A stretch of DNA of 64,000 nucleotides from a virus (taxonomy: Duplodnaviria; Caudoviricetes): positions 96,001 through 160,000 of the IMG/VR virus record IMGVR_UViG_3300047321_000298; one strand, 5' to 3'. Shown piece by piece: positions 45,198 to 55,184 of the stretch. Numbering within the stretch: the stretch's first letter is position 1; each line of letters opens with the position of its first letter. A model generated the notes under the pieces. It was given only the letters and a program-made list of their open reading frames with translations. It did no database searches and was not told the DNA's origin. The position numbers and the translations under genes were made by a program.

Positions 45198-45785
45198 ATG
45201 GCCGCTTTTGAACTCGATCTGGTCAAGGACAAGGGTTTCGAACTCGATCTGAACAAGGAATTCCCAACACTCTCGAAGCTGCGTTTCGAAGTGACGTGGA
45301 AGGAGCATCCGGTCAATAAGTCGTCGCATCAAGACGGCTACGACCTGGACCTGTCGGTGTTTGCGCTCGACGCAGAAGGTATCGTGGAAGCGCCGAAGCA
45401 CATTCTGTTCTTCAACAACAAGAATGTGTTCGAAGGCGCTGGCATTCTGCCGAAGGACAACCGCACGGGCGGCAAAGAGTTCCTGACGCTCGATCTGACG
45501 AAGTTCCCCGACTTCATCAAGCAACTCGACATGTACGTGAACATCTTCGAAGCGGTGAAACGTGCGCAGACGTTCCTGATGATGCAGGACGCGAGGGTCA
45601 AGCTGATCGATGACGAAAAGGGCGAAGACTTGATCACGCTGAAGCTCACGGACTACACGAACGACAACGCGTTGCACGTCGTGTCGCTCCCGCGTAACGA
45701 CAACGGCTTCACGTTCAAGCTGGTCGGCGCGTCGGCAGCGGTCGATAGCGGCCTGAACAGCATCCTCGCGAACTACCGTCCGTAA
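45198..45785 (+). CDS. terD: TerD-family stress protein
   Basis: W...DLDLSVFAL...FFNN...DNRTG...E...DL...VNIFEA...F. Confidence 0.8.
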   Translation: MAAFELDLVKDKGFELDLNKEFPTLSKLRFEVTWKEHPVNKSSHQDGYDLDLSVFALDAEGIVEAPKHILFFNNKNVFEGAGILPKDNRTGGKEFLTLDLTKFPDFIKQLDMYVNIFEAVKRAQTFLMMQDARVKLIDDEKGEDLITLKLTDYTNDNALHVVSLPRNDNGFTFKLVGASAAVDSGLNSILANYRP

Positions 45786-45794
45786 GGAGTCGAA

Positions 45795-46070
45795 ATGGGG
45801 TTCATGGTTTCTGTGGATGGTATGCGGGCACCCAAATACGTGCATGCAACGATTGACGACGCGATAACGGAGGCTATGCGCATTCAGCAATTGAGTGTGG
45901 AGCAGCGCGGCTGGTGCCAGCCTGTGCGCATCACTGAAGAAGTCATGACCCTGCCATCGGTGCAGCGCAACGGCCTGATGAATCTCGACGAGCTAGACAT
46001 CATCAGGAACAGCGTTCAAGTCAAGATCGACACGATGGTCCAACTTTTCAGGCGCTGCGTTAAATCGTGA
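45795..46070 (+). CDS. hypothetical phage protein
   Basis: AGGAG RBS, 91 aa. Confidence 0.7.
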   Translation: MGFMVSVDGMRAPKYVHATIDDAITEAMRIQQLSVEQRGWCQPVRITEEVMTLPSVQRNGLMNLDELDIIRNSVQVKIDTMVQLFRRCVKS

Positions 46071-46107
46071 AAATTTAGCCAGCTATTGCTGGGGCAGCAG
46101 TAAATAG

Positions 46108-46143
46108 GGAGTTGAGGGGGTTTTCCTCTCAACTCCTTTTTTC
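46108..46143 (+). terminator. terminator directly after an AGTAAATA box
   Basis: GGAGTTGAGGGG-TTTT-CCTCTCAACTCC-TTTTTT. Confidence 0.8.
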
Positions 46144-46159
46144 TTTTCGCGGGGCGTCT

Positions 46160-46366
46160 ATGCATCAATTGCCAGTCATCGTGAAGCGTACGGCGCTCCC
46201 GATTGACTTCAACGAGGGCACGTACTATTTCGACCCCTCCGATGAACGCTGGAAGCCTTATCGCAGCGTTCCGTACGACTACGGCGTTATCCGAAATTTC
46301 TTTCGCCGGTTGAAGCTCGCATACGGCGTCTTCACCGGCCGCTACGACTGTCTTGACTGGTCCTAA
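46160..46366 (+). CDS. small hypothetical protein
   Basis: 68 aa. Confidence 0.6.
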   Translation: MHQLPVIVKRTALPIDFNEGTYYFDPSDERWKPYRSVPYDYGVIRNFFRRLKLAYGVFTGRYDCLDWS

Positions 46367-46390
46367 TTCTCACAAAACACGGAGCTAACA

Positions 46391-46903
46391 ATGAACAACC
46401 AAAAAACCGATAACCTGGTGCAGATGATCGAGTCGCTGGTCCAGGAACAGACGTTCTCGCTGGACGCCGTCGAAGCAATCAAGGCGCTGCGTGACAGGGC
46501 TGAAAGCGTTCAGCAAAAACTGGAAGAGACGCAGCAAACACTTCAGAAGACTCGCGACCAAGTCACCGAGGTGACCGCCAAGGCTGAGAGCCTGCGCGAA
46601 GAACTGAATGCATGGAAGAAACGCGAAGCCGAACTGGCGACTCGCGAACGCAACATCTTCGCACTGGAAATGAAGGCGGCTGTAGCTGAGGCGAAGGCAG
46701 ACGCCTACCAAACGTCCATGAAGATCACGTTCGCTCCGAACCTCGTGCGCAATGCCGTACAAAGTTTCGGCGGCAGTAACCAGAATGGTGGTTACAACAC
46801 CATCAACGAAAGCTCAACCCGGACAGTAGTTGACGGCTACGCGCGTGACGGTGATGCGGATGCAAACGGCGGTGCAGGTGCTCAGCCGAAGAACACGCTC
46901 TAA
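46391..46903 (+). CDS. coiled-coil protein
   Basis: GGAG RBS; heptad-rich. Confidence 0.75.
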   Translation: MNNQKTDNLVQMIESLVQEQTFSLDAVEAIKALRDRAESVQQKLEETQQTLQKTRDQVTEVTAKAESLREELNAWKKREAELATRERNIFALEMKAAVAEAKADAYQTSMKITFAPNLVRNAVQSFGGSNQNGGYNTINESSTRTVVDGYARDGDADANGGAGAQPKNTL

Positions 46904-46912
46904 AAGAAAAAC

Positions 46913-48136
46913 ATGAACCAGAACGAAATTTACGAATCCTGGTTCCAGGGGCGTGCTCGCTTCTGGACCGGACAAATGCCAGTGGAGCAGGAAGCTCTGG
47001 ATCAGGTGCGCAACATTTCTCAGTTGCCCATTTTGGCCGGTCACGTTGCGCTCATGCCGGACATTCACTTCGGAATGGGTGCGACGGTCGGTTCAGTCAT
47101 CCCGCTGAATAGCGCGGTGATTCCGGCCGCTGTTGGTGTCGATATCGGCTGCGGTATGGTGGCGGTTCAAACGACCCTCAAGGCGTCCGATCTGCCTGAC
47201 TCGTTGCACGACCTGAGGCACCAGATCGAACGCGATGTGCCGACTGGCTTTAACTATCACAATCGTCCGATTTCGCTGCACGCGAAGGGTCTGGAGGGGC
47301 TCGCGCTGGAGCAAACGCGCACGAATCTTCTGGGACGATTCTCTGATCTTCGGATCATGAAGCGCGTTGGCCGCTTCGATGAGAAGCGCATGGAATTGCA
47401 GCTTGGAACGTTGGGCGGAGGCAATCATTTTGCCGAAATCTGTCTGGACACCAAACAAAATGTGTGGGTGATGCTGCACTCCGGTTCGCGCAACGTCGGC
47501 AAGACAATCGGGGAGTGCGCAACTGAACTCGCTAAAGAGGAAGTCAAGAAGAAGCACGTCGAACTGGTTGACTACAACCTTGCGTGGTTTGCCGAAGGCG
47601 AGCCCCTGTTCGATGAGTACGTTGAGGGCCTGAACTGGGCGCAGGAATATGCGCGGCTGAACCGTGATCTGATGCTCCTGCTCGTACTTGATGCAATGAA
47701 GCGCAAGCTCCCGGAGTTCACGCTAGTCAACAAGGCCGTAAATTGCCACCACAACTATCTGTCGAAAGAGACGCACTTCGGACGCGATATGTGGATCACG
47801 CGTAAGGGCGCTGTGTCCGCTCAGAAAGGACAGCTTGGCATCATCCCCGGATCGATGGGCGCTAAGTCGTTCATCGTGTGCGGCAAGGGTCACGAGGCGG
47901 CTTATTGCTCGTGCTCCCACGGTGCGGGCCGTAAGCTGTCACGAACCAAGGCGAAAAAGCTGTTCTCGATTGACGATCTGCGCGAGCAAACGGCGGGTGT
48001 TGAGTGTCGGAAAGACGGCGGAGTTCTGGACGAACTGCCCGCTGCCTATAAGGACATCGATGAGGTGATGGAAGCTCAATCGGACTTGGTAGAAGTGAGA
48101 GCCGAACTCAAGCAGATTCTCTGTATCAAGGGCTAG
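46913..48136 (+). CDS. rtcB: RtcB family RNA ligase
   Basis: MPDIHFG, GVDIGCGM, GTLGGGNHF, LHSGSR, CHHNY, SCSHGAGR, DELPAAYKDI. Confidence 0.95.
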   Translation: MNQNEIYESWFQGRARFWTGQMPVEQEALDQVRNISQLPILAGHVALMPDIHFGMGATVGSVIPLNSAVIPAAVGVDIGCGMVAVQTTLKASDLPDSLHDLRHQIERDVPTGFNYHNRPISLHAKGLEGLALEQTRTNLLGRFSDLRIMKRVGRFDEKRMELQLGTLGGGNHFAEICLDTKQNVWVMLHSGSRNVGKTIGECATELAKEEVKKKHVELVDYNLAWFAEGEPLFDEYVEGLNWAQEYARLNRDLMLLLVLDAMKRKLPEFTLVNKAVNCHHNYLSKETHFGRDMWITRKGAVSAQKGQLGIIPGSMGAKSFIVCGKGHEAAYCSCSHGAGRKLSRTKAKKLFSIDDLREQTAGVECRKDGGVLDELPAAYKDIDEVMEAQSDLVEVRAELKQILCIKG

Positions 48137-48138
48137 AC

Positions 48139-48756
48139 ATGGGCACTCTTTACTTCACGGCCGATCTGCACTTCAACCACCGCTCAATCCTGAATCCCGA
48201 ATACACGAATCGCTGGGAAGCTCTACCTTGTGATGAGGCGCACCTGACGCTAAGCGAACAGATCGAAGCTCACAATCGTTGGATCATCGACACGATCAAC
48301 GAGCGCGTCACCGACAAAGACCACCTGTATTTTCTAGGTGACGTGGCGTTCGGTTCGAGGTGGGAAGCCGCTGCGCTGATCGACCAGATTAACGGTCACA
48401 AACACCTGGTGTGGGGCAACCATGACTCGAAGCTCGTGGACTTCTACAAAGCGTCCGGCCTGTTCGAGACTGTGACTAAGTACGCAGAGGTCATTTACTC
48501 GAAAAAGCGCCTGGTCTTGTTCCATGCTCCGATTGCCGAATGGGAAAACGGTCATCACGGCGCTATCCATCTGCACGGGCACACGCACGGAAATTTCGAC
48601 TACGAGAGAGCGGGGCTCTCGAACAAGCGGATTCTCGACGTGGGCTGGGACAACTCGAAGAAGGCGTTGGGTTTCTACGGACCGATTTCCTTCGAGCAGG
48701 TTGAAAGCTACATGGAGGGTCGCGAGTCGATCACCCACCACGGGCAGGCAGACTGA
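48139..48756 (+). CDS. calcineurin-like metallophosphoesterase
   Basis: TADLHFNH, LGDV, GNHD, FHAP, HGHTH. Confidence 0.9.
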   Translation: MGTLYFTADLHFNHRSILNPEYTNRWEALPCDEAHLTLSEQIEAHNRWIIDTINERVTDKDHLYFLGDVAFGSRWEAAALIDQINGHKHLVWGNHDSKLVDFYKASGLFETVTKYAEVIYSKKRLVLFHAPIAEWENGHHGAIHLHGHTHGNFDYERAGLSNKRILDVGWDNSKKALGFYGPISFEQVESYMEGRESITHHGQAD

Positions 48757-48757
48757 C

Positions 48758-48946
48758 ATGGCAAAGCAGAATAAACGCGAATTCGTGGTGTATGTGCGGA
48801 TGAACGGGGAGCCCAAAGGATGGACATACATGCTAATGGCTCGATCCGCTGGGCATGCGGTGGAGCGCATCCTGTGGCATACGGGTTGGCTTCCCGCGCA
48901 ATACGGTGACCGATTCGTGACTGCCGTTGCAGAGATACCCTTTTGA
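48758..48946 (+). CDS. small hypothetical protein
   Basis: 62 aa. Confidence 0.55.
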   Translation: MAKQNKREFVVYVRMNGEPKGWTYMLMARSAGHAVERILWHTGWLPAQYGDRFVTAVAEIPF

Positions 48947-48952
48947 GGAAAA

Positions 48953-49129
48953 ATGGATAAATCCCAGTGGGTGTTTTTGGGCGTTTGCGTTCCGCTAGTC
49001 GTCGTTGCTATGGTCCTCTGTGTCGGGCTGCTCATCGTGATCTATTGGGCGATGGCCTGGACTCTGGGGTCGTTCCTGGGGATCATGGTCGGAGCCTTCG
49101 TCAATGGATTTCGCGTGCTGGCTAGTTGA
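48953..49129 (+). CDS. small membrane protein (58 aa)
   Basis: Translated by hand; GAGGA RBS; two hydrophobic segments. Confidence 0.55.
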   Translation: MDKSQWVFLGVCVPLVVVAMVLCVGLLIVIYWAMAWTLGSFLGIMVGAFVNGFRVLAS

Positions 49130-49153
49130 CGGTCTGTGCACCATGTGTATAAT
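49126..49153 (+). promoter_or_regulatory. early promoter cassette
   Basis: TTGACG-gtctgtgcaccatgtg-TATAAT. Confidence 0.8.
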
Positions 49154-49185
49154 GGGTTCCGTAGGTTAACCCCACGGAGCCCAAC

Positions 49186-49491
49186 ATGGCGAACTTGCTG
49201 TACGTAACCCTGCTTAGCAGCGAAAACACATACCTCACATACCCGTGTGAGGGTTTGCTTCAGATTCTGGAGTACGGCACCGATGGATCGATCATCGCTG
49301 CGGGCTTCCGGGTCAAGCGTGATATCTCAGAGTACAACGGGAAATTCAACTCGCTGTACAGCGCGCAGGTGCAAGTCAGCAAACCTACGTTCCAATATGA
49401 ACCGGGCAAGTCGTCGTTCCGCCACTGGAAGGCAGCTACCGAAGCAACCGGAATCAAGCCGGACTACTCCGACTCTCCGAACGCCTTCTGA
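49186..49491 (+). CDS. early hypothetical protein
   Basis: GGAG RBS after cassette at 49126. Confidence 0.7.
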   Translation: MANLLYVTLLSSENTYLTYPCEGLLQILEYGTDGSIIAAGFRVKRDISEYNGKFNSLYSAQVQVSKPTFQYEPGKSSFRHWKAATEATGIKPDYSDSPNAF

Positions 49492-49548
49492 ACAGAGGCA
49501 CAAAACTGGCTGTAATCGTGAATTCGGGTGTCTGAGACGAGGCTTAGA

Positions 49549-49764
49549 ATGAATGCAACGCAGATTATCGAAAAGGTGCAGAGTGGTTCGTACCGGCTCG
49601 TTCAGGCGGCAGGAACACCCGGATTCACGGTTGAGCGGCTACACAAGGGTCAGTGGTTAGTAGGCGTCCGGATCAGCACCAACGCGGGTCGGGCTGCGGC
49701 TTCGAAGCTGCAAGAGTCGAAGGGCGTCCACTACACCTTCTGGTACGGCAACAACGGAGCATAA
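49549..49764 (+). CDS. small hypothetical protein
   Basis: GAGG RBS. Confidence 0.6.
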   Translation: MNATQIIEKVQSGSYRLVQAAGTPGFTVERLHKGQWLVGVRISTNAGRAAASKLQESKGVHYTFWYGNNGA

Positions 49765-50043
49765 ATGAACCTGGCACTTGTATTGAATCTCCGTCGAACG
49801 ATGGAAGTATCTCCGTCGAACGATGACGCGTACCAAACGATCCTGCGAATCCTTGATGAACAGATCGCGAGCACCGTAGCGAAGCTTGAGCCGCTCAACA
49901 CGTCCGAAATAGCGGTTTTGCTAACCGGCAACCTGGTTGCAGCCCTCAAGCTATATCGTGAACGCACGGGCGCATTACTGGCTGAAGGAAAGGTCATGTG
50001 CGACGATTACATTGCACGTGTGTCGCGCGGCTCGATTATCTAA
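49765..50043 (+). CDS. hypothetical protein
   Basis: GGAG RBS, 92 aa. Confidence 0.65.
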   Translation: MNLALVLNLRRTMEVSPSNDDAYQTILRILDEQIASTVAKLEPLNTSEIAVLLTGNLVAALKLYRERTGALLAEGKVMCDDYIARVSRGSII

Positions 50044-50050
50044 ATAGCTG

Positions 50051-50078
50051 TTGACGTTTTGTGCATAAAGCGTATACT
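50051..50078 (+). promoter_or_regulatory. early promoter cassette
   Basis: TTGACG-ttttgtgcataaagcg-TATACT. Confidence 0.8.
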
Positions 50079-50117
50079 CGGTTCTGTGGTTGAAACGAAA
50101 GCGAACCGGAGAACGAA

Positions 50118-50531
50118 ATGCCTGCATTGTTCAAAGTCCTTGGTTACGACGATGGAGTTCACATCTGCGATTGCTGCGGAAAGGCTGACCTCAAGGGAAC
50201 CTTCGGCATCGAGATGATCGAGAGCGGCGAAATCCTCAACTACGGCAGTGTGTGCGTGACCCGCAACACCGGCCGTCCGATGAAGGAACTCAATGCGATG
50301 GCCAGGGCTTACGAAGCGGAACGGATCGCGGCGGCGGTTGCTGAGTACCGGGCGACTCCTGAGTATGCAGCGTCTGAAGCGAAGTTCAAGCAAGCACGTG
50401 AAATGCAAAAGGCTGATCGGCATTTTATCGGCGCGCAATTCAAGGCGTTCGTTCTTGCTGAGTCGGATGCGGCCAATGCGGTGCGGAAGTCGATAGCTCA
50501 AAAGCATAAGGTCGCTGTCTATCAAATCTGA
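50118..50531 (+). CDS. early Zn-finger protein
   Basis: CDCCGK...YGSVCV; GGAG RBS after cassette at 50051. Confidence 0.8.
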   Translation: MPALFKVLGYDDGVHICDCCGKADLKGTFGIEMIESGEILNYGSVCVTRNTGRPMKELNAMARAYEAERIAAAVAEYRATPEYAASEAKFKQAREMQKADRHFIGAQFKAFVLAESDAANAVRKSIAQKHKVAVYQI

Positions 50532-50569
50532 ATTTAGATCGGGGGTGAAGCCCCGATCACGGAGAGGAC

Positions 50570-50752
50570 ATGTATTACGTGGCATATGCCTGCGGGTTTC
50601 TCGCGATTCGCAACACGGACAAGGGGCTGAACAAGACAGTGCCCGTCGTTGACGTACGTGAAGCGAAACCGTTTACAAATTTCGCTGAGGCTGACGAGGA
50701 AGCGCGTGGGCGCATCCAAGGTCATTACGCAATCTTGAACACTGGAGCATAG
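50570..50752 (+). CDS. small hypothetical protein
   Basis: GAGGA RBS, 60 aa. Confidence 0.6.
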   Translation: MYYVAYACGFLAIRNTDKGLNKTVPVVDVREAKPFTNFAEADEEARGRIQGHYAILNTGA

Positions 50753-50755
50753 GCA

Positions 50756-51451
50756 ATGCCGCAAATCTACGAAGAGCCCATATCGACGCGCAGTGACGGA
50801 CCGCGCGACGAAATCAAGGTCACTCATCCGGCCTACGCCCAGATTTCTGCCTCTCACGTGACGGGCGGTGCTTATCTGTACGGCTCCGATTTCCAACACC
50901 AGCACTACGTGTGCATCAGAATCAGGCGCTCGGAATTGAACCGGCACTTGTCCAATGACTGGCAGTCCGGCCAAGAGGAACTGATCGAAGTCGCGCTGAG
51001 CGAATCGCAGTGGGCGTCATTCGTGTCTTCGATGAATCGCGGCATGGGCGTTCAGTGCACGCTCCAGCACATCAACCACAAGCAGGTGCCCCAAATTCCG
51101 GCACCCCGTTCCACTCTAAAGGACTTCAAGGCTGAAGGCTCTGAGGCGGCACGTGACGCGCTCAAGTTGGTCACGGAGGTCATGACAGACATTGAGTCCT
51201 CGAAGCTCTCACAGAAGCAGAAGGACGAGTTGATGCGGAAGCTCGACCGCATCAAGAGCAACACGCGGAGCAACCTGAAGTTCGTGCTCGAACAGTTTGG
51301 CGAGCATATGGAAGCGACCGTGAACAAGGCCAAAACCGAAATTTCGGCATACGCAAATCATCTGATCGTCGCATCTGGGCTGGCCAAGCTGGCGGGCATC
51401 AAGGGCACCAAGAAAATTCTTGGCTACGAAGAACGGAAGGATGACGAATGA
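50756..51451 (+). CDS. conserved phage hypothetical protein
   Basis: HPAYAQI...LYGSD...EVALSESQWASFVSSMNRGMGVQCTL. Confidence 0.8.
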   Translation: MPQIYEEPISTRSDGPRDEIKVTHPAYAQISASHVTGGAYLYGSDFQHQHYVCIRIRRSELNRHLSNDWQSGQEELIEVALSESQWASFVSSMNRGMGVQCTLQHINHKQVPQIPAPRSTLKDFKAEGSEAARDALKLVTEVMTDIESSKLSQKQKDELMRKLDRIKSNTRSNLKFVLEQFGEHMEATVNKAKTEISAYANHLIVASGLAKLAGIKGTKKILGYEERKDDE

Positions 51452-51714
51452 TCCTGACGGATACGCAGGCGCTCCATATTGTCGATATGTTGCAAAGCGC
51501 GAAACGCAGGTTGCCAGTGCTCCGCGAGTTCAATCTCATGTTCGCGGCCGATGAGGCGCTCGTGTCTTTCCATTACAACGAGAACCTCATACCGCGTCTT
51601 ACGGGATTTCCCATCGTGGTGTCAAGATTATTGACGGTACACAGAACTGGTACCGCCCATGACACTGAGGATTATTTCGATCTGCATGCGTTCAGAAGCG
51701 CTTATCGGCTATGA
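51448..51714 (+). CDS. hypothetical protein
   Basis: 88 aa, coupled. Confidence 0.55.
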   Translation: MILTDTQALHIVDMLQSAKRRLPVLREFNLMFAADEALVSFHYNENLIPRLTGFPIVVSRLLTVHRTGTAHDTEDYFDLHAFRSAYRL

Positions 51715-52046
51715 GAAAAGGTCAGTTCAAGTCAAGCGAAGACGCTATAGACGCGAAATGCCAGCACACGAGTCCTTGTTCTGACTGTCCGTGGACGCGC
51801 AAATCGCTCAACGGCTGGCTTGGTTCCCTGTCGGCTGACGAGTGGGTGCGGATCGCTCACTCGGACTCTGTGGTGGACTGCCATACGCTCCGTGGCGCAC
51901 AGTGTGCGGGTATCGCGGTCTACCGCAGGAACGTGGCAAAGATGGCGTATCCGCCGAATCTGAAGCTCGAAGCAGATCGCGTGAACGTGTTTGCAAATCC
52001 TATGCAGTTCGTTGAGCACCACTCCAAGGTGCCTGGAAGAAAATAA
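51711..52046 (+). CDS. Cys-rich protein (DUF6283-like)
   Basis: PCSDCPW...CH...QCAG. Confidence 0.7.
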   Translation: MRKGQFKSSEDAIDAKCQHTSPCSDCPWTRKSLNGWLGSLSADEWVRIAHSDSVVDCHTLRGAQCAGIAVYRRNVAKMAYPPNLKLEADRVNVFANPMQFVEHHSKVPGRK

Positions 52047-52047
52047 A

Positions 52048-52431
52048 ATGGCAAAGTTCAAAGAAGAAAAATCCTGGCTTAGCTTCCCCGGCAACTCGGA
52101 GGGTATTGACGACTCCAGATTTGCGGAGAATGGCGCTGGCATCACGCAGCGGGTGCACGATATCCAGGCTCGTGCGCGCCAGATCGACCAAGTTGCTAAT
52201 AACCTGATGGCGGTCGGTATGGAGCTTCCAGCGCGCCAGCTATTCGCGATGACTCAGGATATCAGGGACCTGTGCGAGCCGATTCCTAAGATCGTGCTGA
52301 AGGAACTGGATAGCAGTATTGCGCATGGCAAGCACATGATGGGCGGGCTGCTGGCCGTGGCCCTGAAGATGGGCGAGAAGGACGGCCAGATTCACGAACT
52401 CGAAACTAAGCTGCAGGACACCAGTCACTGA
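52048..52431 (+). CDS. hypothetical protein
   Basis: 127 aa. Confidence 0.7.
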   Translation: MAKFKEEKSWLSFPGNSEGIDDSRFAENGAGITQRVHDIQARARQIDQVANNLMAVGMELPARQLFAMTQDIRDLCEPIPKIVLKELDSSIAHGKHMMGGLLAVALKMGEKDGQIHELETKLQDTSH

Positions 52432-52433
52432 AA

Positions 52434-52868
52434 ATGGCGAAAATCAAATTATCCAAAGCGGTGCAGGACAAGCTCGAAGCGGAGCGGCTGGAACGCAACA
52501 AGGTTAGGCTCTTCGATTTGATTGTCCGCATCGAGCAGATGCATAAAGCTGAGGTGCGTGGAGTGGACCCGGTCAGCTTTGAGCATGGGGTGGAGGGGGG
52601 ATTTAAGCCGGGGTTCCGTGTCGCCCTCAGGTGCTACGAGGGTCCTAAGGATTTGTCCGGCTGCCATGATCGCAAAGTTCTTCGCATCGACGCGGAAGAT
52701 TGGGAATTCGAGGTTATGGACGAATACCTGAACCAGCTTCAGTGGCGCGATGATGAAGCGAAACGAAAGCAAGCTGAACGTGATGCCGAGCTTCGAAAGC
52801 TTTCTCCGAAGCAGCGCGAAGTCCTTGGGTTCGGCAATTGGCGCGACCCTCTGACAGTACAAGCTTAA
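52434..52868 (+). CDS. hypothetical protein
   Basis: 144 aa. Confidence 0.7.
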   Translation: MAKIKLSKAVQDKLEAERLERNKVRLFDLIVRIEQMHKAEVRGVDPVSFEHGVEGGFKPGFRVALRCYEGPKDLSGCHDRKVLRIDAEDWEFEVMDEYLNQLQWRDDEAKRKQAERDAELRKLSPKQREVLGFGNWRDPLTVQA

Positions 52869-53011
52869 CCCGGTTCCTCCTGATTGCATATTTCGAAATC
52901 ACAATCAGGGGACGGAACCTCTATAACCTATGCTCGGTAAATATAGCCAGACTATATCTGTACATTTGCTATAATCGGCAGGTGCACAAATCGACAAGGA
53001 AGTGACAAAGC

Positions 53012-53758
53012 ATGAAGCGTATTACATGGAAGCCGGATCAGCGCCTACAGGTCGCAAAGCGTTCGCATCAACTGATCACCGATCCGCTATTTACCGGGTC
53101 CAGGCTCGAAGCCGTGCGTCAAGCGCAGGCCGAACTCCTTCCTCGCGAAGTGCACCGCGATCTGACTAACATACAGATGGTGAGTAAATGGATTGAACCT
53201 CTGTGGGCAGAGATGAACACCCACAAGTCAGGACCGGCTCCCGCAATTCAGCCCGTGGTCGATCATCGAGCCGAAGCCCATTATCAGGCGAAGCAGCTAG
53301 CACTATCTGAACTCTCCACACACGATCTGCTATCAGAGTACATGCGGCGCATTACCGATCTAACATCAGAGCGGCGCATCCGAACGATAGTCCAGGAACA
53401 AGTGCAACTTGAACTCGAACGCGCGATTCCCGGATGGAAGCCTACAAGCTACATCGAAGAACCTGAGGTAGCGGAGAAGGTCGCGGACAAACCTCACGTC
53501 CTGATTCTAGGTTTGATGGAAGACCAAAAGCAGATCATCGAAAATAAGTATCGCGGCAAACTCGATTTGCATTTCAGGGCTGGTTCCGAGGGTGCCAAGC
53601 ACGTTAAATCGATGACAGGTACGATGGACCTGACGATCAAAACGAAATGGTGCAAAGGCCACTTGGGTTCAACGAGCGGCTGGCCGAACTTCACATCCTC
53701 TTCAGGCGGGCTGTCAGACATTCAACGTCTGATCAACCAGCGTTTCAAAATTCAATGA
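53012..53758 (+). CDS. hypothetical protein
   Basis: AAGGA RBS, 248 aa. Confidence 0.75.
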   Translation: MKRITWKPDQRLQVAKRSHQLITDPLFTGSRLEAVRQAQAELLPREVHRDLTNIQMVSKWIEPLWAEMNTHKSGPAPAIQPVVDHRAEAHYQAKQLALSELSTHDLLSEYMRRITDLTSERRIRTIVQEQVQLELERAIPGWKPTSYIEEPEVAEKVADKPHVLILGLMEDQKQIIENKYRGKLDLHFRAGSEGAKHVKSMTGTMDLTIKTKWCKGHLGSTSGWPNFTSSSGGLSDIQRLINQRFKIQ

Positions 53759-53811
53759 CCTATGTGCGTGCCGGTTAGTCGGCACCCAGTCAGACAAACA
53801 AGATTTGAAAA

Positions 53812-54522
53812 ATGAAAATACAAAGCAGGTTTCGTGACTACTACGATTATGTAGCTCACATCTATGGTGGCGGGGACCCGAAAAATACATATGTCCGTGA
53901 CATCATCGTTCCCGACAGAGTCACGCCTCTCGGTGAAAAGTTCGAAGAAACGGCGGAATTTCGTGAACCCGAATTCGAACTGTGGGTGCCTGGCGATTAC
54001 CAGTTGGCAGACGGATCGATGCAACAGTTCTTCGGTATCTCGATAGCCGGAAAAGTGTACATCGTGACCCGTGTCCACAACGTTGGTACCTGGTCATACA
54101 CGAACAACCGCTACGAGGGTGACCACACGGAACCGTGGAAGATCGCGACGTACGGCGATCTGAGTAAGCGACAAATCCGCGCCTATCGCCAATCCCTCCC
54201 GTCCGGCCGCGAACCTGATCACGTCATCCGTTGCGGCGTTCCGTCTCCCGAAGCGGGGGCGCTGTCCAAGCGACTGAAAGCGCCAGTTTTCAAGTTCGAT
54301 AATCACTACAGCACGCGTGTGTACGGACGCTGTCCGCTGCTATCGGAGTACGGAATTCCCCCAGTGCTCGAACCTGAGCAAGCGTACCAGGAGATTTCCA
54401 TGTTCCTGATGTCTGTAGTCAATGAATCACCAGACTCGATGCCACGTGCAGAGATGACCAACGTACAGAAGGTCGAGAGCCACGGGTTCGACAAACGCAT
54501 CAGCTTCCGACACAGGAAATAA
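53812..54522 (+). CDS. conserved phage hypothetical protein
   Basis: MKIQSRFRDYYD...KVESHGFDKRISFR. Confidence 0.8.
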   Translation: MKIQSRFRDYYDYVAHIYGGGDPKNTYVRDIIVPDRVTPLGEKFEETAEFREPEFELWVPGDYQLADGSMQQFFGISIAGKVYIVTRVHNVGTWSYTNNRYEGDHTEPWKIATYGDLSKRQIRAYRQSLPSGREPDHVIRCGVPSPEAGALSKRLKAPVFKFDNHYSTRVYGRCPLLSEYGIPPVLEPEQAYQEISMFLMSVVNESPDSMPRAEMTNVQKVESHGFDKRISFRHRK

Positions 54523-54524
54523 AT

Positions 54525-54839
54525 ATGAGTATGTACAACGGCTTTCTGTCCGGCGATGACCTACGGGAGATTCTTAAGGACGAGGTGTCGCTGGCTCTGT
54601 TTCGGATTGACGAGCAGATTCGCCAAAAGATCAGAGATTTTGGGTGGACCAACTCCATTAACGTCAACGCTGATATCCCTCCGCACGCGGCCGATGAGGT
54701 CCGGAAGATACTGCGAAACCGTGGATTTCACGTGATCGTCAGTCCGTCCGTGTTTCGTGTAGGACGTTGCACTCTCGATGTGCGTTGGATCGGTGCCGGT
54801 TGTCCATCGGATGGCGCTCCCAACAATGGAGGTCACTAA
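54525..54839 (+). CDS. hypothetical protein
   Basis: 104 aa. Confidence 0.6.
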   Translation: MSMYNGFLSGDDLREILKDEVSLALFRIDEQIRQKIRDFGWTNSINVNADIPPHAADEVRKILRNRGFHVIVSPSVFRVGRCTLDVRWIGAGCPSDGAPNNGGH

Positions 54840-55183
54840 TGTTAGTGCTCGTTGACAGGGTAGTTACCGAACTTGACACGCAGAACATTGCGACGTACGC
54901 GCTGTTGATGCGGCATCACTTCGACGCGGTGCTAGCGGCTTACTCCAATCACGGGCCTGTGCAAATCAAGTACGGGTCTCCGCAGGAAGCGCTGCGCACC
55001 GTTCAGATGCTCAACCGGCATTTGATATGTCTAAAAGGCTTCTATCGGGCAGGCGTGCGGGTTCATGCACGCGGCCCCTACGTCGTTGCCGTGTCTGCTT
55101 GTGCGCAGCTTGAAAGCGTCAGTCTGTACACGGTAGATAAAAACAGAAATTTCCGCATGCCCGCGTCAAAACAGATGCACTGA
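54839..55183 (+). CDS. hypothetical protein
   Basis: GGAGG RBS, 114 aa. Confidence 0.6.
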   Translation: MLVLVDRVVTELDTQNIATYALLMRHHFDAVLAAYSNHGPVQIKYGSPQEALRTVQMLNRHLICLKGFYRAGVRVHARGPYVVAVSACAQLESVSLYTVDKNRNFRMPASKQMH

Positions 55184-55184
55184 C

